From positions 24,934-88,933 of the forward strand of contig JACAEV010000100.1 in assembly GCA_013388645.1 (NCBI GenBank): a stretch of DNA of 64,000 bases. Reading direction: 5' to 3'. A program made the position numbers and the translations under genes. The DNA is from Syntrophaceae bacterium (GTDB taxonomy: Bacteria; Desulfobacterota; BSN033; UBA1163). The notes beneath the pieces were generated by a model, which had not been told where the DNA came from, ran no database searches, and worked only from the letters and a program-made list of their open reading frames with translations. Below are positions 40,236 to 49,645 of this stretch, piece after piece; within the stretch, counting starts at the first letter, position 1, and each line of letters opens with the position of its first letter.

Positions 40236-41735
40236 CTATCTCACCACCACTTGAACATTGCCCATATTTCCACTTCGATGGTCAAGGGCGAGCAACGTAA
40301 TTCTCTGATCAGGTTTTAATGCACTCACCAACTGTATGAAAGCTTCCACCCCTTTAATCGGTTGGTTGTTAATCTCCAAGATCATATCTCCTACCTCAAA
40401 ACCAGCCTTCCTAAGGGGACCCTTGGCTTCGAGCTGGTTGATCATGACTCCCTGACCCGCATCCAATCCATATTTCTCAGCCTCCTGTGGTGAGATCGCC
40501 CGAACCTCTGCCCCTAAACGTCCCTTCACGTAGGTAGCTAAGATTTTTGTCGATTCCTCCAGATTCCCCAATTTGATAGTTAGTTCCACTTTTTTACCAT
40601 TCCTTAAGACCGTTACCTTCGTCTCACTGCCAATGGGTGTGTTCGCCACCTCATTTCGAAACGTTCCAGAGTCAGGGATCTCTTTACCGCGATAAGCAAC
40701 CACTACATCATTTTTCTTTAGTCCTCCTTTTTCTGCCGGACCTCCCTTGACTACATCAGCGACGAGCGCCCCTTTCGTTGTCTCTACATGAACGCTCTTG
40801 GCTAAATCCGGAGTTAAATCCTGTATACTGATACCCAGCCACCCTCGCTCCACTTTTCCATGGGTAATGAGCTGTTTCGCCACATGAAGGGCCATATTAC
40901 TGGGGATGGTGAAACCAATCCCCTCGAAACCTCCAGACTCTGAAGCAATCGCAGCATTCACACCAATCACCTCTCCTCTAAGGTTCAACAAAGGCCCCCC
41001 ACTGTTTCCTGGATTGATGGCCGCATCCGTCTGTAAGAAGTCCTGGTAACTGCTTGGGTCTGTGATGCCCTGTCGATGTTTAGCACTGATGATACCCTGT
41101 GTAACGGTCTGGTCTAAACCCCGAGGATGTCCAATGGCCACCACCCATTCTCCTACTTCCACTTTGTCGGAATCCCCGAAGGTCACAGTTGGGAGAGGTT
41201 CTTTGGCCGAAATCTGGATCACAGCCAGGTCTGTCTTAGAATCAGTTCCCACCAGTTTTGCCGGATACCTATTCCCATCCGAGAGCAGCACTTCGATCTT
41301 GGTTGCCCCTCCTGCGACATGATGATTCGTCAGGATATGACCCTGAGTATCTATAATCATCCCAGTTCCCAATCCTTTCAGTTCCCTTTTAAACTTACGA
41401 GGCATTTTAGGAATATCAAAGAATCTCCTAAAAAAAGGGTCACTTTCAAAGGGCAGCAAAGGATTCATGACCTCTTGCCTCTCCGTTACTTCAATGTGCA
41501 CGACCGCCGGAATTGCCTGCTTAGCCACTCTTATGATGCCGGTGCTCAAATCGATAGATCCTTTTGAACCCTCTGAAGTTTGCCCAGTTACCGATTCTAC
41601 AAACGGTTTCTTGGCTTGCTCCTCCTGCTTCGCACATGCGGTAACCGTTAAGAAAGTGAATGCGGTCCCCAAGGTTAAAACCATTAGAAGTAAGATATAG
41701 CCCCAATGATGCGATCTGCGAATACTGTTTAACAT
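40236..41735 (-). CDS. Do/DegP-DegQ family serine endopeptidase with two PDZ domains
   Basis: Catalytic triad TNHHV, DLAV, GNSGG; QTDAAINPG; two PDZ domains. Confidence 0.95.
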   Translation of the reverse strand: MLNSIRRSHHWGYILLLMVLTLGTAFTFLTVTACAKQEEQAKKPFVESVTGQTSEGSKGSIDLSTGIIRVAKQAIPAVVHIEVTERQEVMNPLLPFESDPFFRRFFDIPKMPRKFKRELKGLGTGMIIDTQGHILTNHHVAGGATKIEVLLSDGNRYPAKLVGTDSKTDLAVIQISAKEPLPTVTFGDSDKVEVGEWVVAIGHPRGLDQTVTQGIISAKHRQGITDPSSYQDFLQTDAAINPGNSGGPLLNLRGEVIGVNAAIASESGGFEGIGFTIPSNMALHVAKQLITHGKVERGWLGISIQDLTPDLAKSVHVETTKGALVADVVKGGPAEKGGLKKNDVVVAYRGKEIPDSGTFRNEVANTPIGSETKVTVLRNGKKVELTIKLGNLEESTKILATYVKGRLGAEVRAISPQEAEKYGLDAGQGVMINQLEAKGPLRKAGFEVGDMILEINNQPIKGVEAFIQLVSALKPDQRITLLALDHRSGNMGNVQVVVR

Positions 41736-41757
41736 GATGTTCCTCCTTTCTATTTTC

Positions 41758-42126
41758 TCATTGATCCTTAAACATTTTCTTCAATACTGCGGTAATTTCT
41801 GCCAAATCGGTGTTGATATCCGTTAAGAAACGTGGTCGTAACCGATGCGCCAAAGCTACGATTTCAGCCTCTTTACTTGGAACAAGAAGAATGATGCGGA
41901 TATTTTGGAAGAGGTGAGCAATAGAAAGAATATTTTTGAGATCTTCCTGATTGGATACGAGAAGAACTGCAACATCCGAATTTTCTGTAGGGTGTCTTAA
42001 ACTCTGTGCTAGATTATCTATTGTTCTGTAAACTGCCATTTCAACCTCTGGAAGATGCGTTTTAATTAACTTTTCAAGTATAAGTCCGGAACGATCACTC
42101 GCTCCGAAGTATAGGAAAATCTTCAT
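41758..42126 (-). CDS. Hypothetical protein, possibly a degenerate receiver-like alpha/beta fold
   Basis: 122 aa with an alternating beta/alpha pattern; lacks the canonical DD and KP motifs; first gene after a sigma54-type promoter. Confidence 0.6.
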   Translation of the reverse strand: MKIFLYFGASDRSGLILEKLIKTHLPEVEMAVYRTIDNLAQSLRHPTENSDVAVLLVSNQEDLKNILSIAHLFQNIRIILLVPSKEAEIVALAHRLRPRFLTDINTDLAEITAVLKKMFKDQ

Positions 42127-42177
42127 CTATAGGACCTATTGATTGAAAAAGTTACCTCAATTTCATTGATTACTTAA

Positions 42178-42192
42178 ACAAGAAGCGTGCCA
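42178..42192 (-). promoter_or_regulatory. Putative sigma54 promoter (TGGCACGCTTCTTGT)
   Basis: TGGCAC-N5-TTGT, about 50 bp upstream of the 42126 ATG; heads the degP-S10-bc fusion-cyt c-cyc2 run. Confidence 0.7.
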
Positions 42193-42279
42193 ATACCTTA
42201 TTAAATTAGATTTCTCTTTATTTTTAATTAGTTAGGATTTTCTTGGGGGATGCTTTGAAGAGGTAAAGCAAGAAGTTCG

Positions 42280-42334
42280 TCTTATTTCACAGGATTAAAT
42301 CCTGTGGAACAGGAATTCATCCTTTTTAATAAGA
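42280..42334. promoter_or_regulatory. Triple palindromic upstream activator-like array (20-bp period)
   Basis: Sites at 42280 TCTTAtttcaCAGGA, 42300 TCCTGtggaaCAGGA, 42320 TCCTTtttaaTAAGA. Confidence 0.6.
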
Positions 42335-42401
42335 CTCTCTAAGGACTTATTTATAAGAAAATGTCCTTGTCTAATATCGTTGTTTTATGTATCTTATTTT
42401 T

Positions 42402-42570
42402 ATGGGCTGGTTTGATCGGGTCTTGGATCAATTAATCTCCTTTAGAATTTTTTTGCCTTTTATTCCACTCTTTGTGGCTTTCAATGCCCTGGGCATTCTT
42501 CCAATTTTTGCCTCCCTCACAACAGAGATGTCGGAGCCCGAGCAAAAAAGGGAAGTTAAGCGTAAAAGGA
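42402..42570 (+). pseudogene. MarC family N-terminal fragment
   Basis: FIPLFVAFNALGILPIFASLT.EMS..E.KR.V resembles the first MarC helices; the rest is missing where mgtA converges. Boundaries approximate. Confidence 0.6.
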
Positions 42571-42600
42571 TTCAGATATTATTCCTCTTTAGATTTTCGC

Positions 42601-45126
42601 TCACAATAAATTTACCTTTCTGTAAAAGAATCTTTTTACCACCTCCGCTACCACTACGTAGACACCGACAATCATTCCCATCAATAAAATGAACATACCT
42701 GATAGAGGCTGGAACCCTAAAAGACTTCCAAGAGGAGAGTAGGGGAAGAGAAATGTTACGCCAATAATCAATAATGTTGTCATTGTGAGATATCTTCCTG
42801 GTCTGCTCTTAAAAAAGGGCCTCCGAGTCCGAATGACGAGGACAACTACCGAAGCTGAAATCACTGATTCTAAGAACCATCCCGTACGAAACATTTCTGG
42901 CTTAGCATGAAGAATAAATAGCAATACACCGAAGGTGATGAAGTCAAAGACCGAACTCACGGGCCCAAATGTAATCATGAAATTCCGGATGAACTTGATG
43001 TCCCAGCGTTGAGGCTTTTCAACCATTTCATGATCAACGCTGTCTGTCGCAATGGTCATCTCTGGGAAATCTGTTAGCAAATTCGTAAGGAGAATCTGTT
43101 TCGGCAACATAGGAAGGAAAGTCAGGAAAAGGGAAGCTCCTGCCATGCTGAACATATTTCCAAAGTTAGCGCTGGTCGCCATGAACATATATTTGAGCGT
43201 ATTGGCAAACGTTCTTCTTCCCTCCCGGACGCCTTCCACCAATACTGCCAACTCCTTTTCAAGGAGCACAATGTCAGCAGCCTCTTTCGCCACATCTACC
43301 GCGCTATCGACGGAAATTCCAACATCGGCAGCATGAAGTGCAGAGGCATCATTGATTCCGTCCCCCATATAACCTACTACATTTCCAGCCTTTTTTAAGG
43401 CGAGGATGATCCGTTCTTTTTGATTGGGCTCCACTTCGGCAAAGATTTCTACATCATTGACTCTTCGGAATAGGGCTTCATCGCTCATCTCATGAATATC
43501 TCCACCCGTAACGAAGTGTGGATTTGTTAATCCTACTTGTTGGCTAACATTGATAGCCACTAAAGAGTTGTCTCCAGTAATAATCTTCAATGAAATACCC
43601 AGATGATTCAACTGATGAATGGTCTCGATAATTCCTGCCTTAGGTGGATCAAAGAGGATTAAAAATCCCAAAAATATCATGTCGATTTCATGATCCTTTG
43701 TGATATGAGAAATAGGCCCTATATCCTTGTAAGCGATCCCTAAGACGCGAAATCCCTGATGGCTGATTTCCTCAAACCGTTGACGAATCTCCTCCTGTAG
43801 AAGAGCGATATCTACGATTTTCCCTTCACAATTTTCTGCCGTTGAACAGCTCTCCAAAACATTTTTGCAAGCCCCTTTCGTAATCATCAGATTCCGTTTC
43901 TCTTTGCAGACCACTATGCTTAATCGTTTACGAATAAAATCATAAGGCACTTCATCTCGTTTTTCGTAACCCGTCAGATCAAAGGGATGGTGTGTCCGAA
44001 TGGCTTCGTCAATGGGATTTCTAAAGCCTGTTTCATAAATAGAATTGAGATAAGCATAGAACAGTACTTTTTCGCTTTCCCTCCCATGAACATCGATTGC
44101 AGAATGTAGCTGCACCACCCCTTTTGTCAATGTCCCGGTTTTATCAGAGCAGAGCACGTTTATGCTGCCAAAGTTCTCAATGGAAGCCAGGCGTTTCACA
44201 ATTACTTTTTTAAGGGCCATGCCTTTAGCACCGCGGGCGAGGTTGACACTGATAATGGCAGGAAGCAGTTGCGGAGTTAGGCCAACTGCCAGGGCCAAGG
44301 CAAATAGAAATGATTCTAAGACTGGCCGTTTGAAATAGACATTGGTGGCAAAGATGGCAATCACAAGGACCAAGGTCACTTCCATCAGAAGATACCCAAA
44401 TCGCCTGACACCGCGCTCAAACTCTGTCTCCAGAGGCCTGAGCTTCAGCCGTTCGGATACTTTGCCAAATTCGGTGTCCTTTCCTGTGCGGACGACGACC
44501 GCTCTTCCACTACCACTGACCACATGGGTTCCCATGAAGAGAGAGTTTGTCCGCTGATGAAGTGGCGTTTCCCCTGGTAGAACCCCAATCGTTTTTTCTA
44601 CAGGATAGGTTTCACCTGTCAATGTTGCTTCATCGACAAATAGGTCCTTAGATTCCAGAATGAGGCAATCTCCAGGGATAATATCTCCCGAATTGAGGAT
44701 GAGAACATCTCCTGGGGCAATCTCTTCCACGGGGACTTCTTTTGAATATCCATTGCGAAGAACCAAGGTTTTGTTCCGGACAAGAGATATTAATTTATTG
44801 ACAGCATCCACGGCTCCTCGCTCTTGCCAGAATCCGAGTAAACCGCTGATCAAGACGATCACCAAGATGATGAGGGCATCCGACGGATCATGTAGAGAAA
44901 GGGACAATCCCGCTGCAAAGAGAAGGATGATAATAATCGGGCTCTTGAATTGAGAAAGCAGGAGGGTCAGGGCGTCTGATCGCTTTTTCGGCTTGAGTAG
45001 ATTGAATCCATAACGATTCAGTCGTTGTTTGACCTCATCCTCTGTCAAGCCCTGTGATGTTGTTCGAAGTTGCTGAATTAGTTCTTCAGGGGAAAGGCTC
45101 CAAAAAGACCTTAAATTTCGATCCAA
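42601..45126 (-). CDS. mgtA: Magnesium-translocating P-type ATPase (MgtA type)
   Basis: LTGETYPVEK, AVGLTPQLLP, IENFG, DKTGT, PYDF.RKR, FLILFDPPK, GDGIND, SANFGNMFS, FLPMLP.Q, FRTGWFLES. Confidence 0.92.
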   Translation of the reverse strand: MDRNLRSFWSLSPEELIQQLRTTSQGLTEDEVKQRLNRYGFNLLKPKKRSDALTLLLSQFKSPIIIILLFAAGLSLSLHDPSDALIILVIVLISGLLGFWQERGAVDAVNKLISLVRNKTLVLRNGYSKEVPVEEIAPGDVLILNSGDIIPGDCLILESKDLFVDEATLTGETYPVEKTIGVLPGETPLHQRTNSLFMGTHVVSGSGRAVVVRTGKDTEFGKVSERLKLRPLETEFERGVRRFGYLLMEVTLVLVIAIFATNVYFKRPVLESFLFALALAVGLTPQLLPAIISVNLARGAKGMALKKVIVKRLASIENFGSINVLCSDKTGTLTKGVVQLHSAIDVHGRESEKVLFYAYLNSIYETGFRNPIDEAIRTHHPFDLTGYEKRDEVPYDFIRKRLSIVVCKEKRNLMITKGACKNVLESCSTAENCEGKIVDIALLQEEIRQRFEEISHQGFRVLGIAYKDIGPISHITKDHEIDMIFLGFLILFDPPKAGIIETIHQLNHLGISLKIITGDNSLVAINVSQQVGLTNPHFVTGGDIHEMSDEALFRRVNDVEIFAEVEPNQKERIILALKKAGNVVGYMGDGINDASALHAADVGISVDSAVDVAKEAADIVLLEKELAVLVEGVREGRRTFANTLKYMFMATSANFGNMFSMAGASLFLTFLPMLPKQILLTNLLTDFPEMTIATDSVDHEMVEKPQRWDIKFIRNFMITFGPVSSVFDFITFGVLLFILHAKPEMFRTGWFLESVISASVVVLVIRTRRPFFKSRPGRYLTMTTLLIIGVTFLFPYSPLGSLLGFQPLSGMFILLMGMIVGVYVVVAEVVKRFFYRKVNLL

Positions 45127-45517
45127 CCCACAAAGCTCCTCTCATCAAATCAATATCTTTGTTAAAGCCACAATTACCCATTCGTTGCAAGCTTTGTACT
45201 CAGCAGACCTCTGAAAAAGAAATTCAGACACAACAATGCAATGCGGTGATATGCAACTCTACGTACCCCTGCTTGAAATATACCCATTAACATAGTATCC
45301 CAATTTGGTGCGCTAGTAAAGCGAATATTCTGTTTATGGTGAGATGTTGAGAAGGTTTAAAATTAACATTTTTAAGAATAGCTCAGACATAATTTCATCC
45401 ATCATATTCAAATAGGCACGCCTCAACAGGGATGGGCATGACAAAATTCGAACCTTAATCTTTGGCTTTGAACCAATTGGTCAAGTCCTATTGATTTCCG
45501 AGAAGACAGAGCTTTCC

Positions 45518-45991
45518 TTACGGCATCACAAATTTTTTCCCAGGAAGTCTCACCGTTAATACTGGATAGGGGGATTTTCTTACCACCTTCTCCGCGGTGC
45601 TCCCGAAGAGGATATGATCCAAGCCTGTCCTTCCATGTGTCCCCATGACAATGAGATCGATAGACTCTTCTCTGGCTGTCTGTATAATCTCGTAGAAGGC
45701 AACGCCCTTTTTGAAAATGACTTTATAATCCTTAAACCCATTCATCCTTTGAATGTAATAACTGTTTAATTCACGATCCGCTTTCTCCTTTTCGGAAACC
45801 TCATATTCTTCTATTCTTTCCTCAGGGAGGTAAGCATAGAGTTGATCTGGATAGAGATAGACTGGATCGGGGGGTATAACATGAAGAATCAGGAGCTTTG
45901 CCTGGTAGGTTCTTGCGAGATTCAGTGCATACTTGAAGGCCCAATCGGAATTCTCAGAAAAATCGGTGCAAAATAGAATTTTTTTAAACAT
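45518..45991 (-). CDS. Universal stress protein
   Basis: KILFCTDFS, DLIVMGTHGR.G, FGSTAEKVVR.SP.PVL. Confidence 0.94.
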   Translation of the reverse strand: MFKKILFCTDFSENSDWAFKYALNLARTYQAKLLILHVIPPDPVYLYPDQLYAYLPEERIEEYEVSEKEKADRELNSYYIQRMNGFKDYKVIFKKGVAFYEIIQTAREESIDLIVMGTHGRTGLDHILFGSTAEKVVRKSPYPVLTVRLPGKKFVMP

Positions 45992-46097
45992 CGGGTGAAC
46001 CCCTCCTTAATTTTGATAAAGATATTAAGAATAATTTTAAATACTGGGTTGAATGAAAATCTCAGCCCCATCCCGCCAAAGCAGGACGGGGCCAATG

Positions 46098-46310
46098 TTA
46101 GCTTGTCTTCTTTTCTGCATGTCTCAATGCAGGGTAACCAGCAATCGTTATTCCCATGCCGAGAATAACCACAATAGCTCCAAAGATCAGATTATTCATG
46201 GTCATGGTTCTGATCTCCTTGTGTCCTAAGAAGTTTAGGACATACGGAGAGATGGCAAGCCAAATTCCCACCAAAACCTGAAGTACCATCCAATAATATA
46301 GGCTCTTCAT
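46098..46310 (-). CDS. Small two-TM protein, SPW-repeat-like
   Basis: W....G.WL..SP.VL.F...N.LI.G..V pattern; GGAGG RBS. Confidence 0.7.
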   Translation of the reverse strand: MKSLYYWMVLQVLVGIWLAISPYVLNFLGHKEIRTMTMNNLIFGAIVVILGMGITIAGYPALRHAEKKTS

Positions 46311-46378
46311 ATTGGTTCACCTCCTTCCAATTTTTGAGTCTGCGACTCTTTTTTCCCATTTGGACTGACCGCTTTTCC

Positions 46379-47284
46379 CTATTCTTTCCAGTAGGGTCGC
46401 TGGCCAAAAAAACTGTAGGCATTTCTTGCCCATTTCAAATTGTTCATATCCGTATACTCATTAAAGTTGGGGGCAGATGACAGTCGGTCTCCAGTGGTAT
46501 TGAGAATAAAAGTATTACCACTCACGGAAAGTTCACCGAAGGGAACTGCAACCTGCGAATCGCCCCTTCTTGGGACTTTATCCAGAACTAAGAAGGCGAC
46601 ACGCCCACCTTTGGAATCGATTATTAAATCATCGATCCTTGCTGACACGCCTCCATCCTTAGACTGTACCCTGGCACCCATTAGTACCGGGGCCGTTTTC
46701 CCCATAAGGAGAGATTCTAATATGGAAGGTCTGGCGGTTCGGTAAGACACAATATCCGGAGGTACTGTTCTTCCCTCAGTCCAATAGGGCCTCTGTCCAT
46801 AGAAACTGTAAAGGGAATCAGCCCAGAGAGGATCAATTGTCGCTGGGATAGTGGATAATCCAACGATGCTCCTATCCCGATAAAGTAGGTATGCGTAAGG
46901 ATCCTCATAAGGGGTCGAGGGTATTGAAGTATATTGATCACCGAAGTTGAGCTGGAAGGTATTCTCCCCCATTCTTTCAAGTGCACCAAAAGGAGCAGCT
47001 GCGAACTCCGCCCCAAAACCCTGGACCCCGGAAAGAATCACTAGTGAGATATGTCCATCGGTTCTGTCAATCATGAGATCATCAATTTGGCCTAATTCTA
47101 CGCCCAATGGGCTATAGACTCTGTGCCCGATAAACCAACTGGCTTCAAATGTTTCCCAAGCGGTCGGCTGCGACATGGCTCCTGCTTCGCCTTTGATCCA
47201 CTCTTTGGCAAATACCTTACTGCTACCAAAGAGAGCTAAGCCGAAAATGGAAATCACCATTAAGATTTTAACTTTCTTGTTCAT
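46379..47284 (-). CDS. Exported protein with two PRC-barrel domains
   Basis: Signal peptide; AS..IG..V....G..LG.IDDL.ID...G.I and G..V......IDDLIID...G.V...V, AVPF..L; YSFFGQRPYW tails. Confidence 0.85.
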   Translation of the reverse strand: MNKKVKILMVISIFGLALFGSSKVFAKEWIKGEAGAMSQPTAWETFEASWFIGHRVYSPLGVELGQIDDLMIDRTDGHISLVILSGVQGFGAEFAAAPFGALERMGENTFQLNFGDQYTSIPSTPYEDPYAYLLYRDRSIVGLSTIPATIDPLWADSLYSFYGQRPYWTEGRTVPPDIVSYRTARPSILESLLMGKTAPVLMGARVQSKDGGVSARIDDLIIDSKGGRVAFLVLDKVPRRGDSQVAVPFGELSVSGNTFILNTTGDRLSSAPNFNEYTDMNNLKWARNAYSFFGQRPYWKE

Positions 47285-47394
47285 TTTTCCTTCCTCCTTT
47301 TTGATTAGATTTTAGTAGCTGCTGACGCTGCAGCTACGTGTCCCCTTTCTACCAACCTCTTTCCCGGGGACTAGGAAATAACCTGGACCAATAC
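47281..47394 (-). repeat. Duplicated 5' leader, copy A (pairs with 48412-48525)
   Basis: Ungapped 114-nt alignment with about 17 mismatches by hand count; includes the RBS and a GTCCCC/GGGGAC stem. Confidence 0.85.
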
Positions 47395-47500
47395 ATTTGA
47401 TGATCTATTTCTTACTAATAGGGAGAAGCGAGGGAATATTCTCCTTGCTTCACCCTGGGTCTTCAAGAGCTAACCGGATCTGGTTTTTGCTCCTGAGACC

Positions 47501-48415
47501 CTAAAAATCTTGAGCCTCTCCTCCCCAGCGATAGGGGTCGAGGCCTCCAGTGTACCCTCTTACCGTCCAGTAAGGTTGTTGGCCAAAGAACCTGTAAACG
47601 TTTTCGGCATATCCGCGCTTGTTCATATCCGAATGGTGAAAGCTCGGTGCCGATGCCAGATGATTTCCCGTAACGTTGAGAGTAAAGGTTTTTAGACTCG
47701 CTCTGTTCAAAACATCGAAGGGAACTGCAACCAAATGGTCGCCTCTGCCCTTGACATGCGAAAGGACTAAAAGGATGATCTGTCCATTTGAAGAGTCAAT
47801 AGTAAAGTCGCTGACCCTTGCGCTGACATTGCCTTCAGTTGCTTGGACTTCGGTGCCAATCAATTGGGTTCTCAGGTAAAAGTCAGTGGTTGATGGCGTA
47901 CTTTCTCCCTGTATCCAGTAGGGGCCTCCTATCCCGTAGGTTCGGTAAATCTCAGCAACCCAGTTAGGGTCGATTGGTTGTGGAATGCTATAGAGAGGGG
48001 AATCTGTAGGGTACTGTCTCAGCAAATAGAGATCTGGATCCTCACGGTTGTTAACGGATGCTATTGCCATAATAGGGAACCGAACAGTAAAGGTGCGGTT
48101 ATCGTTTCTTTCAAGACATCCATAGGGAATCGCCACCTGATCGGCTCCGAATCCCGGGACATTGGAAAGAACGACAAGAGCCACGCGATCATTAGCCTGA
48201 TCGATGACGAGATTGCTGATTTGGCCTAGGTAATTGCCCGCACGACCATCGACACGCTGCCCTATCAACCAACTGGCTTCATATCTGTCCCGACCCATTG
48301 GCTGGTAAATGCCTCCTACTTCTGCTTTCTGCCATACTCCGGCAAAAGCACTACTGCCAAAAAGAACTAAGTTGAAAATGGAAATCAGCATTAAGAATCT
48401 AATTGTCTTGTTCAT
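47501..48415 (-). CDS. Exported protein with two PRC-barrel domains (tandem paralog)
   Basis: Same architecture as 46379-47284, with a very similar signal peptide. Confidence 0.85.
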   Translation of the reverse strand: MNKTIRFLMLISIFNLVLFGSSAFAGVWQKAEVGGIYQPMGRDRYEASWLIGQRVDGRAGNYLGQISNLVIDQANDRVALVVLSNVPGFGADQVAIPYGCLERNDNRTFTVRFPIMAIASVNNREDPDLYLLRQYPTDSPLYSIPQPIDPNWVAEIYRTYGIGGPYWIQGESTPSTTDFYLRTQLIGTEVQATEGNVSARVSDFTIDSSNGQIILLVLSHVKGRGDHLVAVPFDVLNRASLKTFTLNVTGNHLASAPSFHHSDMNKRGYAENVYRFFGQQPYWTVRGYTGGLDPYRWGGEAQDF

Positions 48416-48525
48416 TTTTCTTTCCTCCTTTTTGATTACTTTTTAGTGGCTGCTCACGCCGCAGGCGCATGTCCCCTTTCTTTCAGCCTGTTTTCCGGGG
48501 ACTAGGAAATAACCTGGGACAATAC
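48412..48525 (-). repeat. Duplicated 5' leader, copy B
   Basis: See copy A at 47281-47394. Confidence 0.85.
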
Positions 48526-48543
48526 CTCATTTTGACTTTTATG

Positions 48544-48574
48544 AAAAAAGGTACACTTAAAGCGGTACCCTTTT
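48544..48574 (-). terminator. Probable intrinsic terminator
   Basis: Minus strand reads AAAAGGGTACCGCTTTAAGTGTACCTTTTTT, a hairpin plus U-tract about 20 nt after the 48595 stop. Confidence 0.55.
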
Positions 48575-48594
48575 GATAGAGATTCACTTCAATG

Positions 48595-49011
48595 CTACTT
48601 CTTTTCAGGAGTTTTCTCTGAAAGAGTAGTTTTTTCAGAAGGGGTCTCTTTCTTTGCCGTCACTTTTGGCATGCTGACCCTGATAGACTCAGCCATCAGT
48701 TTTTCCCCCTCTTTCTTGTATTCCACGGACGCCCACATGCCTTTTTTCAAATCGCTAAAAGGTAGCTCTTTCTTGCCTTCAACGATTTTTGTATGGTCCC
48801 CTAAAGAAAAGGTCATCTTTTCTTTGTGGTATTGCACGAGAACGTCCTTGGTAGCCTCATCGACTTTTTCAACCACGCCACTAAACTTCTCCAGTTTGGT
48901 CTCTTGTGTAGTGGTTGCCTGAGGAACTGGTTTCTGTTCTGCCATCACCGCAGAGACAAAGGCTACTGAAATAACCAGAGCGACTAAATTCAGTAGGATC
49001 GTTTTTTTCAT
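48595..49011 (-). CDS. Exported hypothetical protein, OB-fold-like (DUF5666/DUF1344-like)
   Basis: Signal peptide; G.V.KVD, F.....T.I, SDLK.G..V.V.Y, A..I.V pattern. Confidence 0.7.
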   Translation of the reverse strand: MKKTILLNLVALVISVAFVSAVMAEQKPVPQATTTQETKLEKFSGVVEKVDEATKDVLVQYHKEKMTFSLGDHTKIVEGKKELPFSDLKKGMWASVEYKKEGEKLMAESIRVSMPKVTAKKETPSEKTTLSEKTPEKK

Positions 49012-49071
49012 TTCTATTCACCTTCTTTCATTGAGATTTCGGTATTGCCCCAAGTTACCATCGAAGCTTCC

Positions 49072-49458
49072 TCAAATTCCCGTTGATACATTCAACTTCT
49101 CACGGAAGAATTTGGAGATCAAATTCAACAATTCCTCCTTGGTAAAGGGTTTTTTCAGTAAGCCTGCTTCGAACCTGGCCTTCTCCTTTTCAAGAAGGGA
49201 ACGAAAGCCGTCAAACTCACTGCTCATGTAAATTGTTTTCACCTTTGGATCATGCTTCCTTATCATACTTATCATTTCCAATCCGTTTATGCTCCTCATC
49301 TGGATATCCGTAATGACCAGATCCGGTCTGAATGAGAGGTAAGTCGAATAACCGGCCTCCCCGTCCGAAGCCAACCGCACTTCAAAGCCTTCTTCCTCTA
49401 ACATCACGCGAACGATGAAGGCCCAGCTTTTGTTGTCGTCTACAATTAGTATCTTCAT
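49072..49458 (-). CDS. Single-domain response regulator
   Basis: MKILIVDD, DLVITDIQM (phospho-Asp), MSS, KPF. Start moved to the ATG at 49458. Confidence 0.9.
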   Translation of the reverse strand: MKILIVDDNKSWAFIVRVMLEEEGFEVRLASDGEAGYSTYLSFRPDLVITDIQMRSINGLEMISMIRKHDPKVKTIYMSSEFDGFRSLLEKEKARFEAGLLKKPFTKEELLNLISKFFREKLNVSTGI

Positions 49459-49498
49459 CTTCTCTTTTTTCTCCGACCTCTTTGATAAGCTTATTTGA

Positions 49499-49513
49499 GC
49501 AAACGGCATGCCA
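49499..49513 (-). promoter_or_regulatory. sigma54 promoter (TGGCATGCCGTTTGC)
   Basis: Canonical GG-N10-GC, about 40 bp upstream of the receiver gene and just downstream of a sigma54 activator gene. Confidence 0.78.
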
Positions 49514-49588
49514 AAAGTTTTTCTGCCGTATACCCTCATAATATTCAAGGGGTTTTCTTTCTGGCGGGAATTCTGAAGAATCTCTTTT

Positions 49589-49640
49589 TGTAGCTAATTC
49601 ACCTACAGAAAGGGGAACGGAGGTGAGCCGAATCCCTACA
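49589..49640. promoter_or_regulatory. Candidate enhancer-binding-protein sites (TGTAG-N9-CTACA)
   Basis: Palindrome TGTAGctaattcacCTACA at 49589-49607 and a weaker copy GGTGAgccgaatccCTACA at 49622-49640. Confidence 0.5.
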
Positions 49641-49645
49641 CTCTA

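Noticed and set aside
45127..45517. M-box or other Mg2+ riboswitch, or an mgtL-type leader, upstream of mgtA
   Set aside because: No recognisable consensus or Pro-rich leader by eye; a sigma54-like GAGTACAAAGCTTGC lacks the invariant GG. An Rfam scan would settle it.
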